Positions 29,399 through 39,930 are shown, counted from the stretch's first letter. The stretch is DNA of 64,000 nt from an uncultured bacterium (GCA_963705505.1 CAVPJU010000006.1:512001-576000), one strand, 5' to 3'. Notes: a model not told the origin generated them from the letters alone. Numbers and translations are program-made.

Positions 29399-30898
29399 TC
29401 AATCCTTGATCCTCAGTCCCGCGGGAACAAACAGCCGCTCGGACAAACCGAAAAGCCACTGCACCAGGAGCGCAAGCAGGGCCGCGGGTATAGCGCCTTC
29501 CAGAATGAGACCTACGTTGTTGAGCCTTATACCCGTTAAAATAGGCTGACCGTATCCGCCGGCCCCGATGAGCGCGCCGAGCGTTGCTGTCCCGACGTTG
29601 ATAACGGCGGAGGTCTTTATGCCGGAGAGTATGGACCTCGAGGCAAGCGGTATCTCTATGAGACGGAGCCGGGCAAAAGGGCCGAGTCCGAGCGCTTCTC
29701 CCGATTCCCTTATGTTGGGGGATATCTCCTCCAGCCCCGAATATGTGTTTCTTACTATGGGCAGCAGGCTATATAGAAAGAGCGCAACAATGGCCGGCAC
29801 CGTTCCGATGCCGAAAAACGGGATCATGAACACTAGCAGGGCGAGAGAGGGTATGGTCTGTATTACCCCGGCTGCGCTCAGTATAACATGACCGGTTTTT
29901 TGGTTCCTGAAAGCGGCTACTCCGAGAGGGATTGAAATTATGATCGCGGCTGAGAGCGATACCGCTACAAGAAAGAGATGCTGAAGGGTGTTGCGATAAA
30001 GCCTCGACAGGAACGTGTCTCTTTCGGGTTTTAAATCTATGGAAAGGTTTTTTTTGAGGAATTCGGATGCAGCGAGGCCCGCGCTCTCACCGTCTATCTG
30101 AACCGATTCATTCATCTCCCTCATGTCCTGCTCGGAGAGCTTTCCCTCAAGCTTTAAAACGGCATCGACTGCCTTTGGATTCTCCGATTCAAGCTCTTTC
30201 CGGTAAAGGAGGACAGCCTGATATTCGGGGAAATATTTAAGGTCGTCTTTCAGTACCCTGAGGTCGTAATATTCGATTTCGGCGTCGGTCGAATATAGAT
30301 CCGTAACATCGATGCTCCCCTCCTCAAGCGCACGGTATACCACGTCGTGATCGAGACCCGTTACGTTTTGCTGGGGAAGTCCGTATGTCTTTTGAAGCCC
30401 CGGCCATCCGTCTCCACGGTCCATAAACTCGTTGCTAAAACCGAGTCTGAGACCGGGATGCCTCCTCAAATCCGATATAGTCCCAATTCCGAGCCTGTCC
30501 GCCAAATCCTTTTTCATGCCGAGCGCGTATGTGTTGTTGAATCCGAGGGGGGCGCTCATCCCGATGCCGTATTCCGCGAGCTCCTTCCTGAGCTCTTCCG
30601 TAGTAGAGATATTCTTACCCGACATTATCTCCTCGATAATCGTTCCCGTGTACTCGGGATATATATCGATATCGTCATTAATGAGCGCATCCCACAGTAT
30701 CCTCGTGCCGCCGAGCTCTTTTTTATACTCGACGCTTTCGCCGCTGCTCTCCGCGAGCAGGCCGACGATTTCGCCCAGAATGACGGACTCGGTGAATTTC
30801 TTGGAACCTACTCTGAGAGTGCTCCCGTGTGAGGAATGGCCGTTACAGCCGAGGAATGACAGCGCTATTAGAATGAGACACAGTCTCCTCACTTTCAT
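29399..30898 (-). CDS. Fused substrate-binding + permease subunit, betaine/ergothioneine (Opu/EgtU-like) ABC transporter
   Basis: Lipobox FLGC; VGSKKFTES, YPEYTGT, FNNTYAL, then QTIPSLAL, LLPIVRNTY, IGAGGYG. Confidence 0.9.
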   Translation of the reverse strand: MKVRRLCLILIALSFLGCNGHSSHGSTLRVGSKKFTESVILGEIVGLLAESSGESVEYKKELGGTRILWDALINDDIDIYPEYTGTIIEEIMSGKNISTTEELRKELAEYGIGMSAPLGFNNTYALGMKKDLADRLGIGTISDLRRHPGLRLGFSNEFMDRGDGWPGLQKTYGLPQQNVTGLDHDVVYRALEEGSIDVTDLYSTDAEIEYYDLRVLKDDLKYFPEYQAVLLYRKELESENPKAVDAVLKLEGKLSEQDMREMNESVQIDGESAGLAASEFLKKNLSIDLKPERDTFLSRLYRNTLQHLFLVAVSLSAAIIISIPLGVAAFRNQKTGHVILSAAGVIQTIPSLALLVFMIPFFGIGTVPAIVALFLYSLLPIVRNTYSGLEEISPNIRESGEALGLGPFARLRLIEIPLASRSILSGIKTSAVINVGTATLGALIGAGGYGQPILTGIRLNNVGLILEGAIPAALLALLVQWLFGLSERLFVPAGLRIKD

Positions 30899-31647
30899 TC
30901 CGCCTCCGCTTCTCTCGGTTCTAACGGACTCCGCTGGGCGTTGATAAACCGTGTGACGAATGGGTCTGCCGGTCTTTTAACGAGGTCGTCGATGTTACCC
31001 CTCTGAACGATTTTTCCCTCTCTCAGAAAAACGATCGTGTCTCCGAAGTACCCGGCTTCGCCGATATCGTGGGTTACCATAACGACGGTTTTACCGAGGG
31101 ACCGGAATATATCTTTGAGGTCATCCTGGAGATCTCTCCGGATCAAGGGATCGAGCGAGCCTAACGGTTCGTCGAGCAGAAGTATGTCCGGGTCGAGCAT
31201 CAATGCCCTCATCAAGCCGACACGCTGCCTCTGCCCCCCTGAAATCTGACGCGGGTAACGGTGAAGCGCGTCTTCGGGGAAATTCGTTAATTTGCAGAGG
31301 CCGCTTATACGCTCTCCGATTTTTTCTGCTCCCCAGCCGAGATACCGGGCCATGAGGGACACATTTCTCTCGGCTGTCAGGTGCGGGAACAAGCCCCCTT
31401 CCTGTATGACGTATCCCATCTTCCTTCTGAGCGATATTAAATTCGCCGAGGACAGGGTTTCGCCGTCTATGATGATTTCTCCGCTGTCGGGCGCGATTAA
31501 GCCGATGATTATCCTGAGGAGTGTGGATTTCCCGCTCCCGCTCTGCCCGATCAGGACGGTTGTTTTACCCGTGTCCATAGTCAGGTCGATAGAGCCGAGT
31601 GCGGTTTTTCCTCCGTAGGATTTGGATATGCTTTTAAGTCCTATCAT
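30895..31647 (-). CDS. ABC transporter ATP-binding subunit (OpuBA/EgtV-like)
   Basis: GQSGSGKST, GYVIQEGGLFPH, ISGGQRQR, LLLDEP. Confidence 0.92.
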   Translation of the reverse strand: MIGLKSISKSYGGKTALGSIDLTMDTGKTTVLIGQSGSGKSTLLRIIIGLIAPDSGEIIIDGETLSSANLISLRRKMGYVIQEGGLFPHLTAERNVSLMARYLGWGAEKIGERISGLCKLTNFPEDALHRYPRQISGGQRQRVGLMRALMLDPDILLLDEPLGSLDPLIRRDLQDDLKDIFRSLGKTVVMVTHDIGEAGYFGDTIVFLREGKIVQRGNIDDLVKRPADPFVTRFINAQRSPLEPREAEAE

Positions 31648-31810
31648 GGAATCCCCTTTTGCAATTTTAAACCATGTTTAGTTATATAAACATAGTCAAA
31701 CGGGGTATTTGTTAGGACTTCTCGAATTCAGACGGTCCGGGAAATCTGTTTCAGGCTGCTTCTTTCTATCGAGGAGTTCATATACTCCGGAGGTTCCTGT
31801 CCGCCTGGCG

Positions 31811-32305
31811 TTACCAGCCCTCGGTGCCGGGCTCGCCCTTGAACGGACCCACGATGTCCTTGGTAATCCACCCGCCGTAGAACCTTCCGGACTGAGCCTT
31901 TACGAGCTCCCCGTCGACGAAGCAGGCGTCCATCATCTGTGGGTAAAAGGCTACATAATCCTTAATGGATTCGTATCCGGGCACAGGGTCGGGGTAGTAC
32001 CAGGCGGCGTTCTCAGCAACTCTGCCATGGACTGAAATGGAATAATAGGACGCCGCTCCTTTCCACTCGCATACCGTCATTTTGGCGCTCGGTATGAGAT
32101 ATTTCATTTCGATATCCTGCCGCGGGATGTAATACACAGGCGGGCTGCTCGTCTCGAGCACCCTTTTGGCGTCGGTCGAATCTGCGATCAGGATGTTATT
32201 GAAAAAGACCTCGACGTGCTTATCGGTATCCTCGACACGAGGGGGTCTCGGGTAATCCCAGACGGATTCCTGCCCCGGCGCGGGCTCTATGCGTTTACGG
32301 TTCAT
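31811..32305 (-). CDS. DUF427 domain protein
   Basis: ESVWDYPRPP, RVLETSSPPVYYIP, CEWKGAASYY, AAWYYPDP, FYGGWIT. Confidence 0.9.
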   Translation of the reverse strand: MNRKRIEPAPGQESVWDYPRPPRVEDTDKHVEVFFNNILIADSTDAKRVLETSSPPVYYIPRQDIEMKYLIPSAKMTVCEWKGAASYYSISVHGRVAENAAWYYPDPVPGYESIKDYVAFYPQMMDACFVDGELVKAQSGRFYGGWITKDIVGPFKGEPGTEGW

Positions 32306-32347
32306 TCCAATATCGGTTTATCTTGTATATGCAAATAAGAAATAAGT

Positions 32348-33310
32348 CTAAATAACCTTTAAGTACTGAACGCTGAATTTTTTGCCCCTGTCTGTCCAGA
32401 CCCTCTCAACGCTGAAAGAGTCCGAAACGAGCTCCCGGAAAGCTTCGAGCGTATACTTGTATGAGTATTCCGTCAATATTGTTTCGTCCTTTCTGAAACG
32501 GAAGCTTGTGCCGTCGACTTTAACCCTCTGATTAATCCTGCTTTCGAGATGCATTTCTATCCTGCTTTCCGGAACATTGAAGAAGGCTTTGTGACTCCAC
32601 CTGTCTACATCGAAATCAGTTCCGATTTCACGGTTTAATCTTTTTAAAATGTTGAGGTTAAATTCTGCCGTCACGCCCCTCACGTCGTTATACGCGTCTT
32701 CGAGTGTCTTTATGTCTTTTACGAGGTCGACGCCTATAAGGAGGCCGCTTCCGCGCCCCGCCCGCTTTGCAATCCTCTTGAGGAAGCCGGATGCGGAATC
32801 GGGAGAGAAGTTGCCGATAGTAGAGCCGGGGTAGAAAAAAACGGTCCGAGAGAAGGGGAAATCGAATCGGGGGAGGCTAAAGGGTTGAGTGTAGTCGGCA
32901 TAAACGGGCATTATTCTCAATTTAGGATAGTCCTTTGCCAGCGTTTTTACGGACTCCATTAAATGCTCTTCGGAGATATCGATCGGTACGTAGCCCGAAG
33001 GGCTTCTGAGGTTATCGAGAAGTAATCTTATTTTTATACTGCTCCCGCTTCCCAGCTCCACTAGCAGGCAGTGCTTTCCCAGAAAGGAGCAGATCTCATC
33101 GATGTTCTCTTTCATTATTCCGATTTCGGTACGCGTCGGATAATACTCTTCCAGCTCGCAGATCTCATCGAATAGCGCGGAGCCCCTCTTGTCGTAGAAC
33201 AACTTGCAGGGGAGCTGTCTCTGCGGTTTTGCGAATCCCGCGAGCACCTCGTTTAAAAGGTTTTCTCTCTCGGGTTCGAATTTCTCTATTCTTAAGAGGT
33301 TCTTCTTCAT
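32348..33310 (-). CDS. egtD: L-histidine N-alpha-methyltransferase
   Basis: FYDKRGSALFDEICELEEYYPTRTE, ELGSGS, GSTIGNF, AYNDVRGVTAEFNLN, TEYSYKY. Confidence 0.95.
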   Translation of the reverse strand: MKKNLLRIEKFEPERENLLNEVLAGFAKPQRQLPCKLFYDKRGSALFDEICELEEYYPTRTEIGIMKENIDEICSFLGKHCLLVELGSGSSIKIRLLLDNLRSPSGYVPIDISEEHLMESVKTLAKDYPKLRIMPVYADYTQPFSLPRFDFPFSRTVFFYPGSTIGNFSPDSASGFLKRIAKRAGRGSGLLIGVDLVKDIKTLEDAYNDVRGVTAEFNLNILKRLNREIGTDFDVDRWSHKAFFNVPESRIEMHLESRINQRVKVDGTSFRFRKDETILTEYSYKYTLEAFRELVSDSFSVERVWTDRGKKFSVQYLKVI

Positions 33311-33357
33311 TCGATTATATATTAGATGATCGAGCAGGCTCTTTGGATTTGCTAAAT

Positions 33358-34704
33358 TTATGGTCGGATGAAATCTTTAGCCAGCCTTATTCCCATAAAC
33401 TGCCATCTCGCATCGGGAGGGAAGAAATTTCTGTATGTTTTTCTGATATGTGATTTCGACGTGGCACAGGAGCCCCCTCTCAGTACGAACTGGTTGCACA
33501 TGAATTTGCCGTTGTACTCACCGAGCGCCCCCGGGAGCGTTTTGAAACCGGGGTAGGATGTGTAGGGGCTCTGGGTCCATTCCCAGACGTCGCCGTATAT
33601 CTGACGGGGAGAGTTATCACCCTTAACCCCGGACCGGGCCTCGGGATGGAAGGTTTTGTCATCGGCGAAGTTCCCTTCTATAGGCAATTCGGCTGCGGCG
33701 ACCTCCCACTCGGCCTCGGTAGGCAGTCTTGCGCCCGCCCAGCGCGCATAAGCGTCGGCCTCGAAATATGAGACGTGACAGACGGGCTCTTCGGGATTTA
33801 CATTACGCATGCCGGATAACGTAAAATACACCCATTTTCCGTTCTTTCGTTCCCAATAAAAGGGCGCTTCCCAATTATTTGTTTCGACCGTGGCCCACCC
33901 CGCCGAGAGCCATAGCTCCGGAGTGCGGTAGCCCCCGTCTTCGATGAAGTCCATGTATTCGCCGTTCGTGATGAGCCGCGACTGAAGACGGAACGGCTCC
34001 AGATATACTTTGTGGAGAGGGAATTCGTTGTCATAGCCGAAACCTTTGCCATCGTGTCCTATGGAATAAATGCCTCCGGCGAAATCCAGCCATTTCGCGG
34101 GAGGAGTGTTTCCGGCGCTCTTTCCGTTCCCCGCTTTATCGCTCATGTAAGCCGGGCGGAGCGGATTCTCGGAAAATACGTGCTTTATATCTGTTACCAT
34201 CAGCTCCTGATGCTGCTGCTCGTGGTGAATGCCTATCTCTATCACGGGGGAGAATTCTTTCCATTCCTTTTCATCGGCATTGTCCATGAACGCGATCATA
34301 TGCTCATCTACGAAATTACGGTAATTATACGTCTCTTCGACGGTCGGTCTCGAGATAAGCCCGCGCTTGGGCCTGAGGTGCCTTTCGCCCGCCTGAACGT
34401 AGTATGAATTGAAGAGATAAGCGTACTGCGGGCTCGGCGACTTGTAACCTTTAACGGCTTTGGAAAGTACGAATGTTTCGAAGAACCAGCTCGTATGTGC
34501 AAGGTGCCATTTGGTCGGACTTACATCCGGCATCGACTGTATGACGTAATCCTCTATTTCAAGCGGCTCCGCGAGCGCGCCTGAAAAATCCCTTACTGTT
34601 TTATAGCTTTCCGTTAAAAATTCCCTCGACGGATTATTAATGCTGTTAAGCTCCGTATCGATTTGCGCATCATTTTTATCTCGGGATTTAATCTTGGTCG
34701 CCAT
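33358..34704 (-). CDS. egtB: Ergothioneine sulfoxide synthase (type II-like)
   Basis: QSMPDVSPTKWHLAHTSWFFE, LFNSYY, HHEQQHQEL, FGE-sulfatase-like C-terminal domain. Confidence 0.93.
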   Translation of the reverse strand: MATKIKSRDKNDAQIDTELNSINNPSREFLTESYKTVRDFSGALAEPLEIEDYVIQSMPDVSPTKWHLAHTSWFFETFVLSKAVKGYKSPSPQYAYLFNSYYVQAGERHLRPKRGLISRPTVEETYNYRNFVDEHMIAFMDNADEKEWKEFSPVIEIGIHHEQQHQELMVTDIKHVFSENPLRPAYMSDKAGNGKSAGNTPPAKWLDFAGGIYSIGHDGKGFGYDNEFPLHKVYLEPFRLQSRLITNGEYMDFIEDGGYRTPELWLSAGWATVETNNWEAPFYWERKNGKWVYFTLSGMRNVNPEEPVCHVSYFEADAYARWAGARLPTEAEWEVAAAELPIEGNFADDKTFHPEARSGVKGDNSPRQIYGDVWEWTQSPYTSYPGFKTLPGALGEYNGKFMCNQFVLRGGSCATSKSHIRKTYRNFFPPDARWQFMGIRLAKDFIRP

Positions 34705-34941
34705 ATCGGTTCTCCCGGGGATTATGCCCCTTCCGTTTTTGGACGGGCAGGACTTTTAAATCTGGAACCCTGTATATGCACAAATGTTAATTGTAACAAA
34801 TAGTCATGTTTATTAAAAGCATGTAATTATTAAGATAGTGTTAAAGGCGGCTTAAAAATAAATGGACAATAAAATCAGTTAAGCGGGGAGCGGGTCAGGA
34901 TACTTGCATAGCCGATTAACGACGGGCGGACGAAGAGTTAA

Positions 34942-35565
34942 TTAATTCTCTCTCACTTCCTTGAGCTTCCGGATGAGCCCCTTAATCTCCTCGGATTTGA
35001 CCTTCATGCTCACCCTGTTTACCACCAGTCGCGCGGAAATATCCGCTATAGTTTCGAACTCTATGAGGTTGTTTTTCTTAAGCGTTTCCCCCGTCGCGGT
35101 CAAGTCCACAATCACGTCCGAGAGTCCCACTATAGGCGCAAGCTCGACGGAGCCGTAGAGCTTGACGATTTCGGCTCCCACTCCCTTTCCCGAGAAGTGC
35201 TCGTGGGATATTCTCGGGTATTTAGTAGCAATTCTAAGGGACCTCGTCGAGGAGTATTCAAAACCCTTGGGCGCCGCGACTACGAGCTTGCATTTTCCTA
35301 TGCCGAGGTCGAGGGGCTCGTAGAGGTCGTGTTTTTCTTCCATGAGTGTATCCACGCCGACTATGCCGCAATCGGCTGCCCCGTATTCGACATAGGGGGG
35401 TATATCAGTCGGGCGTATTATCAGTATCTTCAGCTTTAGCGAAGGGTATTCGAAGATCAGCTTCCTCGAATCCTTTAATATGTTGTCCACGGGATAACCC
35501 GCCTTTTTCAAAAGAGTCACTTCCTCGTCGAGCAGCCTTCCCCTTGCTATCGCAAGCGTTATCAT
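34942..35565 (-). CDS. hisG: ATP phosphoribosyltransferase, short form
   Basis: DIPPYVEYGAADCGIVG, IATKYP, KLYGSVELAP, ATGETLKKN. Confidence 0.95.
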   Translation of the reverse strand: MITLAIARGRLLDEEVTLLKKAGYPVDNILKDSRKLIFEYPSLKLKILIIRPTDIPPYVEYGAADCGIVGVDTLMEEKHDLYEPLDLGIGKCKLVVAAPKGFEYSSTRSLRIATKYPRISHEHFSGKGVGAEIVKLYGSVELAPIVGLSDVIVDLTATGETLKKNNLIEFETIADISARLVVNRVSMKVKSEEIKGLIRKLKEVREN

Positions 35566-36818
35566 TCTTTCTCCCTCCAGATACTGGCTCCTAAAGATTC
35601 GAGTTTGCTGTCTAGTTTTTCGTAGCCCCTGTCCAGGTGATACACCCTTGATATCTCGGTTTTTCCGACCGCGGCGAGTCCCGCCAGAACGAGAGAGGCG
35701 CTCGCTCTCAGATCGCTCGCCATCGTGGGCGCGCCGCTCAGGTGCCTGACGCCCCTCACGACAGCGCTGTTCCCGACGAGCTTTATGTCCGCGCCCATCC
35801 TCCTCAGCTCGCCCGCGTGGAGGAACCGCTGCGGGAATATGGTTTCGGTGAGCACGCTGAGCCCGTCCGCGGTGCTCATGAGCGTCATCATCTGCGCCTG
35901 CATGTCAGTCGGGAAGCCGGGGTAGGGCAGGGTGGTGATATCGGTACTTTTTAATTCTCCGTCAGACTTCACCCTTATACCGCCGTCCTCACGGGTAATT
36001 TGTGTGCCTATTTCGATAAGCTTCCCGATGAGGGCGCCCATGTTCTCAAAGCGGCAGTTCTTAATCAGCAGGTCCCCTTTGGTCAGCACTGAGGCTATCA
36101 TGTATGTTCCAGCCTCAATCCTGTCGGGCATTACTTCGTAGTCTTTGAGGGGTGAAAGCGTTCTTACGCCTCTTATCGTGATTATGTCCGTCCCAATGCC
36201 TTTTATATCGGCGCCCATTTTGTTGAGCGAAGTAGCGAGGTCGGTAACCTCGGGCTCGCATGCCGCGTTAAGCAGTATTGTTTCTCCCTCCGCGAGCACC
36301 GAAGAGAGGATGAGGTTTTCGGTCCCCGTCACTGTCGACACGTCAAACGGTATGATGCCGCCCGTGAGCTTGGGCGCATTCGTTTCGACATAGCCTTCCT
36401 CGATCTGGATTTTTGATCCCAGGATGCTGAGACCTTTTAGGTGCTGGTCTATGGGCCTCTCGCCTATCGCGCAGCCGCCGGGAAGCGATACGCGGGCTTT
36501 GCCGAACCGGGCAGTGAGGGGCCCGAGCACGAGGACCGAAGCGCGCATCGTTTTAACGAGGTCGTAAGGTGCCTCCCAGCTATTTAAGTTCGTCGTGTCT
36601 ATGGAAAGAGTTCCCTTGTCGTATTCGACATCGGCTCCCAGTATCTGGAGAAGCTTTGCCATAGTCCTCACGTCGGCGAGGTCGGGGACATTGGTAAGGA
36701 TATGCTCACCCTCAGCCAGAATGCACGCGGCCATCAAGGGTAAAACTGCGTTTTTGGCCCCGCTGACTATGACTTCGCCTGCAAGCCTCTTTCCGCCTTC
36801 GACTATTATTTTTTCCAT
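35562..36818 (-). CDS. murA: UDP-N-acetylglucosamine 1-carboxyvinyltransferase
   Basis: SGAKNAVLP, MRAS, LPGGCAIGERP, PGFPTDMQAQ, DLRASA. Confidence 0.97.
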   Translation of the reverse strand: MEKIIVEGGKRLAGEVIVSGAKNAVLPLMAACILAEGEHILTNVPDLADVRTMAKLLQILGADVEYDKGTLSIDTTNLNSWEAPYDLVKTMRASVLVLGPLTARFGKARVSLPGGCAIGERPIDQHLKGLSILGSKIQIEEGYVETNAPKLTGGIIPFDVSTVTGTENLILSSVLAEGETILLNAACEPEVTDLATSLNKMGADIKGIGTDIITIRGVRTLSPLKDYEVMPDRIEAGTYMIASVLTKGDLLIKNCRFENMGALIGKLIEIGTQITREDGGIRVKSDGELKSTDITTLPYPGFPTDMQAQMMTLMSTADGLSVLTETIFPQRFLHAGELRRMGADIKLVGNSAVVRGVRHLSGAPTMASDLRASASLVLAGLAAVGKTEISRVYHLDRGYEKLDSKLESLGASIWREKE

Positions 36819-37670
36819 CTGGCTCTCACAACCCTCTCTATATCGTTAATGTCTCTTGAGGAGGAAATCTCCGTGAATCCGGCCTCTCGGAAAAGCGTTT
36901 CTACCGCGGATAACTGTCCCGCGCCTATTTCCAGCAGGCACCATCCGCCGTTTTTCAGAATATATGCCGCACCCGGGATTATCTGCCTGATAAAATATAG
37001 ACCGTCCTCTCCTGCAATCAGGGACGAGCGCGGCTCAAAGTCCTTTATTTCGGGAGGCAGGGCTTTAAACTCCCGCTCGGAGATATAGGGCGGATTAGAT
37101 GCGACTATGTCGAATGCGTCTTTTTTAAACGGGTCCGTCAGGTTGCCGCGGACAAATAATATTTTATCGCGGGAACCGTGCCTCCGGGCGTTTTTTGCGG
37201 CTAATGCGAGGGCTTCGGGCGAAATGTCGGCACCGTATATTTTTGCATCTTTCAATTCACATGCCAGGGTTACCGCGACGCACCCGCTCCCCGTGCCTAT
37301 ATCCAGTATCGCGGGTCTCTCCATGCCGTCCGCCGCTCTCAGCGTCTCTTCGACGAGGAGCTCCGTTTCCGGCTCTCGGAATCAATACGCTTCTCTCAAT
37401 CGAAAATGTCCTCGAGTAAAATTCCTTTTCGCCCGTTATATAGGCCATGGGCTCGTTTTTGATTCTTCTTTCCATAAGCCGGTTGAATACGTCGACTTTT
37501 ACCTGATCAAGCTCCTTTTCGGGATGGGCATAGATTTCCGAAATATCCTTGATGGCGCTCGACTTTGAAAGCAGGATAGACGTTTCGAGGGCGGGATTCT
37601 CTATGAGATGCCGCTTCATGTTTTCCTTGCCGTATTGATAGAGGTCCTTCAAGTGCATGTTTTTACTCAT
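36806..37670 (-). CDS. prmC: Release factor glutamine methyltransferase (one frameshift near 37373)
   Basis: EPMAYITGEKEFY, VLIPR|PETELLV broken by one extra base, LDIGTGSG, SNPPY. Confidence 0.92.
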
Positions 37671-37860
37671 TTACCTTCAAAAAGCTAAGAGTTTATACGT
37701 ATACCGTATCTTTTCAAGGAAATTATACTATACTCGCGAAAGCATCTCCTTATTGAAGGCGATTTGAGGTTTGCCTGTTGGGACTGAGAGCGTCCGGAAG
37801 GGACAAAATCATGATAATGTTTCTGGAATTTCCGCCTTTTAGCGGTTCGGATAATGCGGG

Positions 37861-38523
37861 CTACTCTCTTTGAAACGAGTGGTGTTTCAGGGTTTTTCCG
37901 CTCGCAATATAGTACGTATCCTCGGCTATATTCGTAGCGAGGTCGGCGACCCGCTCTATCTCCCTGGCTATGAGAATAATGGTCAGGGATCTGTCTATTG
38001 TCTGAGGGTCGGCGATCATATATGTAACGAGCTCCCTCACTATCTGGGGCTCGAGCGCATCGACTTCGTCGTCTCTCTTGCATACATCTATCGCCAGCTG
38101 GGCGTCTTTATTGACGAAGGCGTCCAGGCTTTCCTGAAGCATCTGTATGGCCTTGTCAGCCATCTTGGGGATGTCTATCAGCGGCTTTACGGGGGGTTTG
38201 TCGGCGAGGTAGATCGTTTTTTCCGCGATGTTGACGGCGTGGTCCCCGATCCTTTCGAGGTCGTTGTTTATCTTCATGATCATGGAGACCGTTCTTAAAT
38301 CCTCCGCTTCGGGGTGATAGAGGGCGAGTATCTTTATGCACTGGTTATCTATATCGATTTCCATTTCATTGATCTTGGCGTCGCTCTTTATTACTTCCTC
38401 GGCCATAATCATGTTACGGTCTTTCAAAGCTTTGATGCTTTTAGCGATCATCTCTTCGACCGAGGTTGCCATTTCGAATAGCATTTTTTTTAATTTGCTG
38501 ATCTCTTCTTCGAGTCTAACCAT
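37861..38523 (-). CDS. phoU: Phosphate signalling protein PhoU
   Basis: DLERIGDHAVNIA and EIERVADLATNIAE repeats. Confidence 0.95.
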   Translation of the reverse strand: MVRLEEEISKLKKMLFEMATSVEEMIAKSIKALKDRNMIMAEEVIKSDAKINEMEIDIDNQCIKILALYHPEAEDLRTVSMIMKINNDLERIGDHAVNIAEKTIYLADKPPVKPLIDIPKMADKAIQMLQESLDAFVNKDAQLAIDVCKRDDEVDALEPQIVRELVTYMIADPQTIDRSLTIILIAREIERVADLATNIAEDTYYIASGKTLKHHSFQRE

Positions 38524-38565
38524 TTTTTCCCCGGCTGGTTTTTCCGAGCATCGATTTGAGGGCGG

Positions 38566-38991
38566 TTAATTCCCGTCAAACTCGGACTGTATCCAGCACT
38601 TTATTTCATCCCTTACCGTTCTGAAGCCGGCCAGTATCTCCTCGTCCTTGCCTCTGAATCTGGTGGGGTCTGCGAAACCCCTGTGGATATGCTTGTTTCC
38701 CCCCGCGAAAAAAGGGCAGGCCTCATTTGCCTGATCGCATACCGTGACGACATAATCGAAATTCATGTCCGCGAACCTGTCGAGGTTTTTGGAAGTGTGC
38801 TCCGTGATGTCAATCCCGATTTCCTCCATGGTCCGGATGGCATAGGGATTCACACGGGATGGCTCCGTGCCTGCACTGTAGACGTCGAACTTGTCGCCGT
38901 ATAAACTTCTCAATATTCCTTCCGCCATTTGCGACCGTGCGGAATTGTGTGTACAGATGAAAATTACTTTTATCTTATCTTCATTGGACAT
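38566..38991 (-). CDS. arsC: Arsenate reductase, thioredoxin-coupled (LMW-PTP fold)
   Basis: P-loop CTHNSARSQMAE plus resolving pair VTVCDQANEACP. Confidence 0.88.
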   Translation of the reverse strand: MSNEDKIKVIFICTHNSARSQMAEGILRSLYGDKFDVYSAGTEPSRVNPYAIRTMEEIGIDITEHTSKNLDRFADMNFDYVVTVCDQANEACPFFAGGNKHIHRGFADPTRFRGKDEEILAGFRTVRDEIKCWIQSEFDGN

Positions 38992-39057
38992 TTATTCCCT
39001 TCCGATAAAAAAGATAATTTCACAGAGAGGAGCTAATTGTCGGATGAAGGTCTGTTA

Positions 39058-39930
39058 TTATCCGAATTTGCCGGAGACGTAGTCTTCTGTCTGTTTAAGT
39101 TTGGGATTGAGGAATATCGTCTCGGTCGTGTCGTACTCAATAAGCTCTCCCAGGTACATAAAAGCTGTGTAATCGGATACGCGGGAAGCCTGCTGCATGT
39201 TGTGAGTGACGATAACTATCGTGTAATTCGATTTCAGCTCCGTAATGAGGTCTTCGATTTTTCCGGTCGCTATGGGGTCAAGTGCCGAGCAGGGTTCGTC
39301 CATGAGGAGCACCTCGGGCTCGACCGCTATGGCTCTTGCGATGCACAGTCTCTGCATCTGGCCCCCGGATATCCCTAATGCGCTTTCGTGCAGCCTGTCA
39401 TGCACTTCGTCCCAGAGCGCCGCACCCTTCAAGCTCTTCTCGACTATTTCGTCCAAAACTGATTTTCTATTTTCACCTGCTATTCTCGCTCCGTATGCGA
39501 CGTTTTCGTAGATGGATTTAGGAAAGGGGTTTGATTTTTGAAAGACCATTCCCACGTTTTTTCTAAGCTCGGTTATATCCACGCTGGGGTCGTGTATGTC
39601 TTCGCCGTCTATCAGTATTTCTCCCTCGACCCGGGCTGCGTCAACGAGGTCGTTCAGGCGGTTAAAGCAGCGGAGCAGCGTTGACTTGCCGCACCCTGAC
39701 GGTCCTATGAACGCCGTAGCCTTATTTTTCGGTATGTCCATGTAGATATTCTTTAATGCCTGTTTTCCCCCGTAGTACAGGTTCACATCGTTAACCTGTA
39801 CGATGGGGTCAGGCACCTTGAATTTGCTCGATTTGGGATCCCCGTGCACCTTAATCTGATCCGGGGTTCGGCTTTCGGGCGCTTCCTTTACATTCTCCGT
39901 AATCACTTTTGTTTCGACCTCCTCAGTCAC
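39058..39930 (-). CDS. pstB: Phosphate ABC transporter ATPase
   Basis: [38 protein letters not shown]. Confidence 0.96.
   Translation of the reverse strand: MTEEVETKVITENVKEAPESRTPDQIKVHGDPKSSKFKVPDPIVQVNDVNLYYGGKQALKNIYMDIPKNKATAFIGPSGCGKSTLLRCFNRLNDLVDAARVEGEILIDGEDIHDPSVDITELRKNVGMVFQKSNPFPKSIYENVAYGARIAGENRKSVLDEIVEKSLKGAALWDEVHDRLHESALGISGGQMQRLCIARAIAVEPEVLLMDEPCSALDPIATGKIEDLITELKSNYTIVIVTHNMQQASRVSDYTAFMYLGELIEYDTTETIFLNPKLKQTEDYVSGKFG

Noticed and set aside
32348..34704. Selenoneine (sen) cluster
   Set aside because: No SenB glycosyltransferase or SelD/SenC gene adjacent.
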